Source of the DNA: Chrysomallon squamiferum
Taxonomy: Eukaryota; Animalia; Mollusca
DNA: 64,000 nt
Reading direction: 5' to 3'
NCBI GenBank assembly: GCA_012295275.1
Contig: CM022671.1
Location: 10,292,001 to 10,356,000 of the forward strand
In this document: in pieces, positions 29,158 to 43,643 of the stretch
Layout: each line of letters starts with the position of its first letter
Numbering within the stretch: the stretch's first letter is position 1
Notes under the pieces: model-generated
The model's database searches: none
What the model was told of the DNA's origin: nothing
Seen by the model: the letters and a program-made list of their open reading frames with translations, nothing else
Program-made: the position numbers and the translations under genes

Positions 29158-29412
29158 AATGGGAATGCCTGTTTTAACTTGTATTCACTGATTATTAATA
29201 ATGGAAACCCAGATATCAACATTTTGTCTATCAGTACATTTAACTTAAGAAAGCTCATTCTTTTTCATTTCATGACTTCCAGAATGAAGATTTTTTCCAA
29301 TATTGAAAAAAAGTCGTTCTAAGAAAGAAGATAAAAGAGAAACAAACCAACATAACGTAAGTACACAAGCAAACTGAGAAGGGTACATTTAAAGTATGTA
29401 ATAATAAATATA

Positions 29413-29462
<50 letters not shown>

Positions 29463-31123
29463 CAGTAATCGAGCTTATTTTGGAAAATACAAACTTGAAA
29501 ACATTTGAACTGATTTTAACAGAAAATAAAAAATTATAAAAATATGTAATACAAATATTTTTGACTGAAATATTAAAATCTGAAACGTAACGGAAATTAA
29601 TAATAATAACAAAAACAACAGCATAATAGAGATAATTTAGGAAAATATAAATTTGAATCCATTTTAACAGATAGTTCTCTTTAATCTAAACAATTGCTGA
29701 AATTATTACACTAATTTCAAGTATCAGTAAACATAATTTAAGACAATGCAGTGTTGATATTAATCTATGCATCATGCATTTGTGAGTTTAAAGTCTTCTA
29801 AACTGACTGAAAGAAAACAGTAAATAATAATATGGTTATTATTAAAAATAAATAAATTATAAACATTAAAGTAATTTAGCCACCTTCATTAAGATTTAAA
29901 ATGCACCCGGTATGAAGTGAACAATCCACTGATTGAAATAAGATTGAGTTCAATTTCCCTGAGATATTATTGATATATTGGAGATGATCTAAAATTTGGC
30001 AGACCTTTTAGAGATTAACTGCTCAATCTCCAACAGACTTGAACATTAACTAAATCTGTTATCAATTCATTGATTTCTTATAGTTAATTTCTTTTTCCTG
30101 CAATCTCAAATTTCCTTTCTCTTGGAGAGGATATTTATTTGAAAAAGTAATGAGATAAAATAATAAATAAGAATCAAACTAACTTGCATTTAAAACAACT
30201 TCATTTTTGTGAATCGTTCACTAGTTATATCCATATAAAGACACACAGTTGTTTGTGATAACTGTTTTCCAGCAAGCCTGTTGTCTAGTTTAGAAATTAA
30301 AGATTTGTGAAATTAATAATAGTTTATTATGGTTTATTTTTATTTTATTTTTACAGATTATGAAGCTTCAAAAAGAATATAAAGCACATGCAAAGCAGAA
30401 AACAGATGCTGTCTACAAAATACATGTACAAACAACACATGTGAATATACTTACTGTGGCTTGTATGAACAGTAAGTAAAAACGATTTTATTTCTTGAAA
30501 TAGTACACTTTGTAAAATAGTATAAACAGTTTCATTTTGCATAAAAGTTATGTTCTATAAATATATATTTCTTTAAATCTAATTTTTATAACAATTACAT
30601 AAATCTCATCAATAAATAAAAAAAAAAAAACAAAGAAAACAGAAACAACAGCAAAACAAACAGAAAAACATATAGTTCCCTCATTATCCATAAGTATATA
30701 TTGATATTTAACTGTTTGTTTCACAAATTAAAACAATTTTTGATTTATTATTGCTAACTTCTTAACCATGAATAGTAACATTTATATATATTTTTTTGAT
30801 TACAGGAATTTATCAGACAAACTTTCTCAAAATTTGTGAAAATGGTGAAAATATGGACATCAAAAGTTAAAATAAGGAAGAAAAGATACAAAACAGAAAA
30901 ATAAGACATTATAAAAGGAAGTTTGAACGGAAGTTAACAAAGCAATAATGAGCAAGCCTAAGTTATTAGTAAGTCAAGATAATTTCTGAATTGCCGTAGT
31001 TTATCTATACCGCTGTTGTAATGTTAGAATTAGCATTCCTAGTATCCAAGTATGTTAGTATTTTCATCAGTTAAATGAAGTTTTATTTATTGCTCTGTTT
31101 AAAGAAGTTCTAAATACTTATTA

Positions 31124-31154
<31 letters not shown>

Positions 31155-32430
31155 GATTGGTTAAAATGTGTTTACTTGTATTTTTTTTTTTTTTCAAATT
31201 TATAATTTTTATTCTAGATATATTCTTTTTTGTTCTTTTTCTGTGACATGGATTTTAAAAATCTTTAATTAATTTCATTACTTTTTAATTTCTTTTATTT
31301 ATTTATTTTATTATTATTTTTATTATTTATTTTTTATTTTTTTTTCTGTTATGAATTTAAAAATCTTTTAGTTAGTTTCATTTCTACCTTCATTTAATTT
31401 AATTAATTTATTTATTTACTTTATTTTATTATTATTATTATTACTATTATTATTATTATTATTATTATGATTTTATTTAGAATTACTATATGTGTACTTG
31501 AAATTATGGTTTCATTGTAAGAGTAAGACTTTTCAATTTTGAAAAAGAAAACAAAATCAGTATGAAGTAAGATATACATTTAGTACAATAGATAAATGTA
31601 TTGTGTTATTTTGTTACTGTTGTTATTTTTTGAAGAAAAAAAAGGTAGTTAAACTGGTAATTTAATTTTCTTTCAAAAATATTTGAATGTGGTATTTTTC
31701 ACCAAACTTCAATGTTTACATTAAGATTATCTCCAATATTTAAGGTAAAAGTGTCTTTAAAGTGTTATACATTTGTATGAACAGATAAAATGTTACATTA
31801 GTATCCATTTATGTATCAAAATCACATTCAAGTAAAAGTGACAACCAGTAATGGAGAAAATTTCTATTGTTCCCAATATTTCTTTTACAGAATCCTTATA
31901 GTATAAATTTTAATTTCACTTTTTTACTTCTTTTTAACATTATCATGTAAAGAACATCTAAAGAAAATGGGAGTAACACAAATTAAAAATGCACACAAAC
32001 ACACAAAACACACAGACATTGCATTTATGAAAAAATTAACAATGGCAGTACATTAGACATCAAGATGATACTAAGATAAGATCTCTTTTTGAATAGAAAA
32101 AATATTGAAAAACATCTTAAAGAATATAAGTGAATCTTTATGAAAAAATGAGGTTGGTTTGTTTTCATTTAAAAATAACGACTTTAAAGTATGAAGTTAA
32201 AATGCTTTCTTTGAGAACATTTTGTCTCTTTCTTCTTAATTGCTAGAACTAATAAGCAGAAAATTTGACATCTAGCTTAGAAAATAGATGATTTTTCTAG
32301 GTTATTTTGTCTGTATCTATTTTCTATTGTTTCTCTAGTTCCTCTTCTTTCATTTCATCAGTTTTATTTTTTATTACAACTAATAGATATTTATCCTTTG
32401 CTGCCTCTTGCACATGGGTATAAACATTTG

Positions 32431-32490
32431 GTATTTCCCTATTCCAGCCAGTGGCGCTTGTTTGTTTCATCAAAGGCCATGGTTTGTTCT
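32431..32490 (+). mobile_element. Possible decayed MetaSINE-like central domain
   Basis: tatttccctattccagccagtg...tcaaaggccatggtttgttct resembles a recalled mollusc SINE core; short and unverified. Confidence 0.3.
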
Positions 32491-33213
32491 TTGCTCTTGT
32501 TGTAATGAGTTATTATGAAACAATCCTGTCTGCTGTGTGACAAAACTATCCAGCTGTTAATGTTAAAATGAGGTTTTTTAATTCCTCTTTCACTGTAAAC
32601 AAGCTATAATTTTAAAAGATAAATAACATGTATCTGAATATTACTGTATTGCTTAGAGTTGTTGTATTTAATGAGTCTAGATCAAAGTTGTGTTAAGATC
32701 AGTTTTCTTTTGGAAGCAACAGGGTATTTCCATTTTCATCTAAACCTTTTCCCTTCTTGTGGTTTTAAGTGGTGATATGCAATATCCACAGGTTATATTG
32801 TGTTCAACTCCTGTGCCATGCACTTGTCTCCTTGTTTCATTATGTTCAGTCATATATGTTTTCTCTCATTAATCTAGCAGTACAGAGTTTCTTCTCTCTG
32901 ATATAACCACTGAAGAAAAATCATGTTTGCTGTATTTTGTTGGACAGCTCATTAATTCATTGAGTGTCTTTCTTAGTGATGTTTGTAAAATTAGTCATTT
33001 TTAGAAACAAAAAAGAAAATGAATAATAAACTAGTTAAAACAAGTAGAACAAAAACAAAAATAACCATTAAACAAAGAAGGTTTGAATTTTGTAAAAAGC
33101 ATTTCAAATAATTTTTTTTTTCTTCAGGTTTCTGCATTACATTTTGTGTTGTACTGATTATGTACAGTAGAAATATGTCGACCATAGTAACTTGTAGAAA
33201 GTAGATGTTAAAC

Positions 33214-33379
<166 letters not shown>

Positions 33380-34438
33380 TAAAATAATACAGTGGAATGG
33401 AACTGCCTGTCTGTCTAGTCTAAAGGGTGCTAGTACTATTTGGTCTTGTATACTTTTATTTGAAATATTGTCATTTGTGTAGTTGTGGGGAGAAATTTTT
33501 CACTTTAACAGCAGGGATCATGTGAAGCAGGCTAGTTGTTATGCACAATTAAAAACAAGTTAGATAACGTTTTGATTCAGAGTAAATACAATGATTTTGC
33601 ACTTCTAATTTAAATGAACATATTGCAGAGGAAGAAGCCTAAATTAGGAACAGTCCACACATTTTAAATATGGATGTAATAACAAAATGATAATTTGTAC
33701 AAACATGTTGATGTTTATTTCAGTTTTACTGGTGGGATAGGTTATTTTGATTCTACTTTTGGGTCCTATTTTTTCTTTTATTTTTTCGTTTTTTTTTTTA
33801 TTTCTGGGGAAACTCATATGTAGGTAGGTGTGTGTGTTTTTTTTTTTTTTTGTGAATAGTGAATAATAATGTTAACTATTATTAAAGTTAGTTTAATTGT
33901 AAAATACATTTTAACAGCCTTTTGGGATGAGAAGAAATTTACTATTTGACTCTAAAATACTTTTTTGCAATCATTTAGTTTGATATTATTAAGATACTGG
34001 TCAAAATGATAAAAAAAAACAAAAAAAAAACCAATAAAATAATTATATAAAACATTATTACAAATAAATAGAACTGATTCAACTTTATACAGGAATGGTT
34101 TGGAATAATGGTATAAAGAAATATCGTGACTAGTAATCAATAGAGTATTCATGTTAATAATTAGTTTTCAATAACAAGTGATTTATTAGTTAACTTGAAA
34201 AAAAAAAAAAAAGAAATAAAAATCCAAAAACATACACATTAAATAATAACCAGTGTTTCTGTCTAGTGTAACAACCATTAGAGATAAATGACATCTTTCA
34301 TTTCTAAAATCTCAGTACCTTTACATATTTTTCAAATTATGCTGTATTATTTGTTTTCTCTAGGATGAAAAAACACACACTCACACCTAACAGCAAAAAA
34401 AAAAAAAATTAATAATAATAATAATAATAATAGTAGAC

Positions 34439-34543
34439 AGCTATGCCGACTGGAGTATTAACTCCTGATAGGTCTAACCATGTCGGAAAGGTCAAAGGAG
34501 AGAGTCCAGACAAAAGTCAGTCTCCCAGCCCTACTTCTTAAGA
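34439..34543 (+). mobile_element. RTE-LINE 5'-end-like fragment, copy 1
   Basis: 105 bp matching 42995-43099 with 3 substitutions; GC-rich compared with the flanks. Confidence 0.6.
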
Positions 34544-35744
34544 ATAATAATGTAAGAGAACAGTTGAATAGAAGTTGGGCTGGTTACTGAAATAAGCACA
34601 TTTAATTTACACTATATAGTATATGAATTAGGTAATGGTTGGCTCTTTTGATATTGGTCAGAAATAAAACAACTAAATAGAAGATAGCTTGGTTATGTAG
34701 GAGCATTATATAATAAATAAATAAATTAAAATGAAAAATAGAAACATTAGGGGTATTGTTAGAAATAAGAACATTTAGTTCAGATTGCATTCAGTTGTTG
34801 GCTACCGTAATAAAACAACTGAATGGATTAAGTTAGTTACCAGAAATAAGTACACCTGAAATACATTTTACTAAAATTATTATGTAAGAAAACAGTTGAA
34901 TAGAAGATGGGCTGGTTACTGAAATAAGCACAAGAATAGTGTTGACATCTTTTAATAGTTGATAAGATCAGATTCATGCAGATTTTTTGATATTTTAAAG
35001 GAATTTTGCATTTCTTTATACTAATTTTATAAAGTCAGAAAAGTTTCTAAAAATTCAAGATATAAAATTATGTAAGAGAAAGGTTGAATAAAAGTGGGCT
35101 GGTTACTGGAAATAAGCACATTTGATTTAAACTGTATTATATAAAACAGAGACAGCTGTTCTGATAGAAATCATAAATAAACAACTAAAGAGGAGACAGC
35201 TGTTTACTAAATAAATAAATAAATATAAATTAATAAATAAATAATTAAAATTTAAAAATTTAAACACACAGCATGATTGATATTGTTAGAAACAAATATA
35301 TTTCAGTTGATTGAATTCAGTTGTTGGATACTTTAATAAAAAACTGGACAGAGGTAATGTTAGTTCAAAGAAATCAGTACACCTGATATAAATTTTACTA
35401 GTTTGTTATTGTTAATGGGTGGATATTTATAATATTTGGACAAAAAAGACAAATAAAAAGAAATAACATTACTTTGTTTAAAGAAGCTCACCAGACATTG
35501 CATTATTTAAATTGTGTTCAGTGATGAAATGCTAAGTACTGTTAGATTTATTTTTATACCTGGCATAAATTTTTATTAAAATTATTATATAATTAAACAT
35601 TTGAATAGAAGTTGATCAGATTACTGGAAATAAGCACATCTGATTTAAACTGAGGATTGTATAAACTCGGAGACCGCTCTTTTGATATTAGTCCAAAATA
35701 AACAACTAAACAGAAGACAGCTTGTATATTTAGAAGTATTATAA

Positions 35745-35783
<39 letters not shown>

Positions 35784-37453
35784 GAATTTAAAAATTTAAA
35801 CACATAGGCATCATGGATATTGTTATAAACAAGTACATTTTTGTTCATATTTCATTCAGTTGTTGGTTACTTTAATAAAATAACTGAACAGAGATAATGT
35901 TAGTTAAAAGAAATGAGCACATCTGATATAAATTTTACTATTTTGATATTCTCAGATATGTATGAAAATAAACAAAAAGAAATAACATTAGTTTCTTCAA
36001 AAAAAGCTTACTAACCATTGCATCATTTAAATGTTAATTTTGGAAATCTATTGAAAATGCTTCCACAGAACAGTCTAGGATATTGTGGAACAAATGCATC
36101 TATTTATACTTCTTATTCTTTTCCTTGAATTTAATAATGAAGTTGATGGCTAATAGTAATAATTATAGTAAAACTACTGAATATAAATTGAGTTAGTTAT
36201 TAGAAATAAGCACATCTGATTTAAATGTTCTGTTATTTAAACTCTTACATTGGTATGTGAAATAAACAGCTTTTTTTCATTTTAATTCTCTAAACATTGC
36301 CTAAAACAAAATATGAAAACTAAAAATTGTTTAGAAAAAAATCAACAACAGTAGATGGGTGGTGTCCATGTTTTCAGCAGGTTTAAGGCATTCCAATATC
36401 ATTGACCAAACTGTGCCCTGTAGTTGATGATCCATGCTAGATAGAAACAGTCCTGGCAATGCAGTCTCATTCCTGATATTCTTATGCATGACTATCCTTT
36501 TTGCTGACATCCATTTTAGATAGGGATTTTCTCCACCCTCCTGTCTGTTGATTGATGAGTGTCATACTTACTGATAATTCCAGTTCTTTGAAAATGTCTA
36601 CTAAAATTTCAGTAAATTAACAAACTATACAGATGAAATTATAAATTAACATTTCTTTTATTAATTTTGTTTGTGCATGCATACAAATGTTTATAACAGA
36701 TAATCAATTATTTAAGAAGCATTAGATAAAAAAGAAACACTTTAATATAATATAAAATAATGTAAACTTGGAACATTTTAATTCTTTGATGATCTGGGCA
36801 GGAATAGTGACTGACGTTATTTTTCCTGTAGGCAGGCAGATCATCAGAGATTTAATAATAATAACTTTGAAAAATCTTTTGTCTATTTCTCTTGCCTAAC
36901 AGCACAAGTCTTTCTACTCTGTGATGGTCTGTGCAGTAGCAGTGAATGACCAGAGAATAATCTGGAATACATTCATTACTCCTGTGGGCAGACAGATCAT
37001 TGCAAAGCTTTCACTTCTCATTTTATTTAAGTTATTGATTTAGATTCAGAATGATAGGTGTCTTTAAAACATTATATTTATCACATTAACATTTTACTTA
37101 TTAAGCACTTAATATGCTGCACTGATTGATAACCAGATAGAAGGTTTAAATCCATAATGTGATTTCCATAATCTGTAAATATGACACTTCCACCAATGGG
37201 TAGGATAACTGTGATATGTTCTGTTAAATTTATCAATAAAATCTTATTAACAAAGCTGCAGTATGCTCATTAAATTTTCATTGATAAGAAAGAAAACATA
37301 AGTTTGAACTGTCATGCATCAATATTCTGGTTGATCTCCCAAGTGTGCTGTAATACCAAAACATTTCGGGATTATAGTCTACATATCCTGTTATGTAATT
37401 ACAAATCTTTTTCATAAATTATGTTAAGAAAAAAAAAGATTTTTTAATTTTTT

Positions 37454-37491
<38 letters not shown>

Positions 37492-40400
37492 ATGTGCTTA
37501 TTGATTCTTATCATATATATTTTTTTAAATTTGGGGTAATTTCGTTACATTATCGTTATTTTTTAAGTTTCATTATTATCATCATTATTATTATTTAAAG
37601 TTGCAATAAAAGAAAATTACATATCAAAACCAAAATAATTATCAATTTAATAATCACTTGTTTGAAACAAGAAAATAAATTAAAATATCTATTATTATTC
37701 ATTTAGAGTACTGTTTAAAATAGAATTAAGCAATATTTGTTCTACTTTTTGAGAGTTAACCCTATCACATTATTGATAATTATCCTGTGATATCCTAAGT
37801 GCGAAGAAGATAAATATCTTCACCGTTATGTATATATGGTAGCTAGTATATTTTCATTATTATAGTTAGTGTATTGGAGTGTTTAAAAAACCCACATAAT
37901 ATCTGCTTTGGATTAATGAATATTTTCAATATTAAAATAGCCATAATTACAATGTCAGTAATTAGGTAGATTATTTAATATTATTCTACTAGATTGGTTT
38001 TAGGGGTGAAAAAAATATATATATACATTTCTTGTAATAAAATGACCAGATAACATTTGCAAGGTATCCATGATTTAAAATTTACAACTTTGTCTGATGT
38101 GCTTATTTCTAACCCTGACAAGTATAAAATGTATATCCTATGGTGATATATTTATTTTTCTCATCATATTATCATTTGATTAATGCTAGTACAATACTTA
38201 TAAAAATTGTATTTAAAAATAAAATACAAATTTTCATGAAATAGTAAATTATTGTCATGTTTACTTTTTTGTTATTTTAGGTAAAATAATATGTAAAACA
38301 TTTCTTTATATGAATAAATAAGCTAAAATTATATCTTCATTAAATAAATTTCTGCTAATGGAATATTGTAAAATTGGGAGCTTGTAGTATTTTACTTTAT
38401 TTTTTCCTAATAGTAAATAATTGTAAGAGTTAAATGCACATTATTATTATTATTATTACTATTATTATGATTTTATTTTTTATTTTTTTATTGTTCATGA
38501 TTTAAAGAATTAAGAATATGTATCAGTAATTATTCAACACTTGATCCAGTAACATTTTGTAAAGTAATTAATTTTTTAAAACATAAATTGTAAGCTAGGT
38601 GTCATTATTTCAAATATAAAACATTGATGTGGCTGTTTCTAATAACTAACGAGTATCAGATTTGAATTTCATGTTTTTATCATTTAATTAAAATAATTAA
38701 TATGATGTGTTCAAAAAGAATAAAATTAAATATTCCTTTATATCTCAAAATATTAAAATAAACATACTGATTTAGAAACCTTTTCTCTTTATGGTTTACT
38801 GAAATAATGAATGACTGTTTTTTTTTTTCTTTGTAACCAACAAAATAAGAAACAAACAAAACAATTAAATAAATAAATAAATAAATAAGAATACATATAA
38901 ATTGTATTATGAGCTAATTTCTTTAAGTGGTGTTGAATAATTAACTTTTTGGGTTGGTCGAGTATATATAAACTCACCTTAATCATTAATATTTAGGGTG
39001 ATTTTATCGTTTTTCCATTAAACTTTCTGAATATGTTGACAGTAATTTCTCAAAACAAATCACCATACTACATGACCATTAAAAATCTAAAATGTATAAT
39101 TTTGTCTGGTGAGCCTATTTCTAATAAATGAAAAGTATTTCAATTAATTTCTGTTATAAAATGCATCACAACATTGAATTTACGGTAGCAACATTAATTA
39201 AAACAATAAAGATACTATATAAAATTTCCTTAAAGTATTAAATATTAATGTTAATTTACTTTTAGAAAATATAATATAGAACATGCATTAAAAATGTATT
39301 AATTGAGTTGTTTATGTAAACATTATGACAATAAATTCAATGAATTGATGAAGCAAATTTAGGCATCTTGCACTGTAGAAAAATGTAAGGGGAATTTTCC
39401 AAAAATTTAAAATGATGAATACAGAAGAAAGCAAACAAAAGTAACATAAGATTGAGGTTTTAAATTGATTAATTTAAAAAAATAATAATAGTAATAATTT
39501 AAAAAATCATTGAATAGAAAGTACTGATTCTGTGTCAAGCAAAATCAAAGAAAAAGAAAGTGTTGCAGCCTTGGAAATAAATACATGTTTAGATTCCCTA
39601 TTAAATTTTTTAAAGCATTTCAAAATTTAGGATAGGTATTAGCAGACGATAGTATTTAATCTCTTGAGTAGCTGCAGTATCTGCTATACTGGTCAGGTTT
39701 GACTTCACATGTACAAACAGTGACAGGTTAGTTGCCACTGTACAAATTCCAGTGAATTTCCTCATTGTCATCAGTCCTATACTGGATATCATCTACTTCT
39801 AACATATGTTTGCATTAGATAAACACTTGGTAGTGAAGAGGTTAAATTCTGGGTACACTGTTACTGGTAATGGTTGTAATAGTTTCTAAATAAATTCAGT
39901 GAGAAGGGAAGAGATATTTAATAAGCATTTGGTAAACAATAAAAGTATATTTAATACAATGTGAACTAACAGTTAAAACATTTTAATTCTCAGACAATCT
40001 GGGCAGGAGACAGATCAGCAGATTTTATTATATCAAATAAAGATTACTAATAATGATTCTATGTAACTGAAGCAGTTGGGTTATTGAGTAAAAATAAGTT
40101 CATCTGATTTAAACTTTATGGTATTCAAGTTATGGTTTCGATTATTATTAATATCTATAATCTAGCAACTAACCTGACTAACCTGTCAGTATTTGTACAT
40201 GGGAAGTTAGTAGAAATAAATACATCCGAGTTAGATTTATATTTACAGTAAGGGTTTGGAGTTCACTAACAATTCCTGTAATCCAACACATCAGTGAAAA
40301 GAAAACAAAGAAAAATAAAAGGTAATGACACTCAATACAAAAAGCAATTGAATAGCAGATAGCTAGTTATTTGGAAGCATTATATATAATAAAGAATTCA

Positions 40401-42928
40401 AAAAATGAGAAAATGCACATCTTACATGCCTGAAACATATAGTCATAATTATTGTATTGGAGTGGTAAAATTCCCCATATAATATTTGCTTTAAATTAAC
40501 TAACATTTCCTATTTTAAAATAAGCATATTACAATTTCAATACTGATTTGGAGTCGCAATAAAACATATATTCCATGAACATTTTTTAATATTAAAAGAT
40601 GTTACTAGGTGTTAATTGTTTAAATTTTACAGCTTTTTCTGATGTGCTTATTTCAAATTGCCAACAAATTTAAGATTTATGTGCTACTGTGACATATCTG
40701 TTTTTTTCATATTTCATTTTTGACACAATATCATTTGATTAAAGTTAGCTATAATACTCAAATATTGCATTCATCCTATTATTTAAGTTGTCACATTATA
40801 TTTTCACTATTGCATTTAATTTATGGTAGCTGCTATACTTTCCTAGTGATGTTATTGTGTTGGACAAAAAAACAAACATGTAAAAAATGCTTTGAGTCAA
40901 CTAATATTTCCTATATTAAAATAACCATAATGGTTACAATAACAGTAATTATCTAGATTAATTAATATTTATTGCATTGGATTGGATAAAACACACACAT
41001 ACACAAAATAAAATAAAACAAGTAAACATTAGTTTCAAATTAATGAATATTTCGAATAGTAAAATGGTGATATTACAATATCAGTAATTAGGCATTTCCT
41101 TTAATATTTATTATGCTAAAGTGGTTAAAAAATGATAATTAAAACAAATAAAATAAATGAATGTTCCTGTTATTAAAATAATCACTTTGTAGCAGATGTC
41201 AATGCTTTAAAATTCACAGTTTTGTCTGATGTGAATATATCTGATCTAATCACTAAACAGTATAAGATTTATATTCTATAGATATTCCCTAATTGTTGTT
41301 GCTTTCATCATATTATTCTTTGATTAATGTTACTACAATACTTACAAATACTGTATTAAAACATAAAAATAAAATTTTCATAAAATAATAAATTTTAATG
41401 TTATGTTTACTTTTTTCTAAAATTTAGTTTAGGTAACATAAAATACAAAACCTTTGTCTAAACGAATAAATTAAATCAGTTGGTTAAGATCATATCTTCA
41501 TAAAGGAAACTTCTGCTCAACACACTTGTAGAATTTGGAGCTTGGAGTATTTTACTATTTCGTGTATTGCTAACAGTAAATAATTTTATTTTACTAAAAT
41601 ATTAGGTGTCATCATTTCAAATTTACAATTTTGTCTGCTGTGATTATTCCTAAAAAATAATAAGTATTAAATCTAAATTGTAACTTTTATTTTATTGAAC
41701 ATTTTTTGTTTGTAAGTGATTTATATGACCACCATTACAATAACAAAAGGTTCATTTGGTTGGTATGTGAAAACTTTAATTTCATAATTCACAAACATTT
41801 GATTTTACTGTAAACCATTTGCAGATTTGTTTTAGAATTTTATTTAGAATATTTAAAATAATTCAATACATAAAATAAAACAATGCCAAATTATGAAGTA
41901 GTTTCTTGTCATCAGCAACAACAATTAAGATAATTAAAAAAAGAAAATAAATACAAGTGATTAGACATCAAAAATTGAAAATATACAAATTACCTGATCA
42001 TCTTGTAACTAAAAAGTAATATTAGTGGTATAATGATGTAGGTTTTCATGGTTACTGTTACTATATGTGACTCTTTATAGCTAATAAACTGCCATTATTA
42101 CAAAAAAAAGTAGTAAATATTAATAATTTAGTTACTTTATAACATAGTTAATTTTTATTTATTTATAATACATAAATGATGAACCAATTTGATTCATTAT
42201 AAATACATAGTTTGTGTTATGAGCTAAGAAGGTACAAGTTATACTTGGTTTTTTATAACATTTAACATTAAACCAATTTAAAAGATATAAAGTAACCTCA
42301 GAACTAATGCACGTGTATCTTAGTCATTCATATTTTCTGGGATTTTATTGTTTGCATTTACCTTTTTAAATATATTCCTACCAATTGTCGCCTTTATTAA
42401 AAATCATTTAAATCTTCATTAATGTTTTATGCTAGTTAAAATAAAGAAACGTGACATTTCACCTTAATTCAATAAAAAAAAAAAAAATAATAAAAAATAA
42501 ATAAATTACGTATGTTACATTATCAGTAACTAGCTAAGCATCAGTCTGTGGTGTGCTTAGTTCTAAAAATTATCAAGTGCTATATTTAAATCATCCTGTG
42601 ACATAATTTTCCTCTGATTATTACAAATTCATTATTTTAAATGCTATTTTTATGTTAGATAAAACATTACAATACATTTTTGATAATGTATTAAATAGTG
42701 ATGTATTGTGACTAGATTTATTTAGAATAAAATTATTATAATATATAAAAAGGCCTAGACACCTTTTTCTCTCTCATTGTAAGCTAGTTATTTAATTGGT
42801 GCTGGTTAAAATAGATTAAGTTAGAAGTTCTGTCAAAGAATCAGCAGGGTAAAAATTCACATAAATGTGCTTCTAAACATTGTTAATCATAAGTGATATT
42901 TCTAAAAATATGTATATCACTACTAATT

Positions 42929-43099
42929 CATCCACCCTCATGAGACTGGTACCTTGTTGTTGTGGGGTGGCTTGAGAGTCTTGAGGACCCAGAGAGCTAT
43001 GCCGGCTGGAGTATCAGCTCCTGATAGGTCTAACCATGTCGGAAAGGTCAAAGGAGAGAGTCCAGACAAAAGTCAGTCTCCCAGCCCTACTTCTTAAGA
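42929..43099 (+). mobile_element. RTE-LINE 5'-end-like fragment, copy 2 (longer)
   Basis: ccttgttgttgtggggtggcttg..gagctatgccgg..ggtcaaaggagagagtccagacaaaag parallels the recalled BovB/RTE 5' terminus (ccttgtcgtggcgaaggggcttg..gccatgccg..ggtcatagtggagagttctgacaaaac). Confidence 0.65.
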
Positions 43100-43194
43100 G
43101 AGTTTGCCTAACCTTTTATCTGCTAGTTTTTAGTTAAGTTTTAAGCCAAGCTTTATTTTAATTTTTAAAATAAGTAACTGATTTTACCTTATTT

Positions 43195-43203
43195 TTATTG
43201 TTA

Positions 43204-43297
<94 letters not shown>
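43195..43297. repeat. (TTA)n microsatellite
   Basis: Direct reading. Confidence 0.97.
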
Positions 43298-43643
43298 GTG
43301 TTCAGAGTATTTTCTGCATTGTGTTGTATTGCAATTCCAATCCAGCAGGACGCAATCCTCTGGCATGCATGCAATATGGCTGTAAGATTGCGAGTCCCTG
43401 GCGTGGTGTCAAAACTCGTAAACTTTGCCTGCTGCATCGGAAATTCCAATACAATTCAATACAGACAATAGTGCTCCGGGTATTTTCTGGATTGTGTTGC
43501 ATTGCAATTCCAATCCAGCAGGACGCAATCCTCTGGCATGCATGCAATATGGCTGTAAGATTGCGAGTCCCTGGCGTGGTGTCAAAACTCGTAAACTTTG
43601 CCTGCTGCATTGGAAATTCCAATGCAATTCAATACAGACAATA
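43298..43643. repeat. Tandem dimer of a 173-bp fold-back (MITE-like or structured) unit
   Basis: Units 43298-43470 and 43471-43643 are near-identical. Each has ~42-bp imperfect inverted arms and two internal hairpins. Confidence 0.92.
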
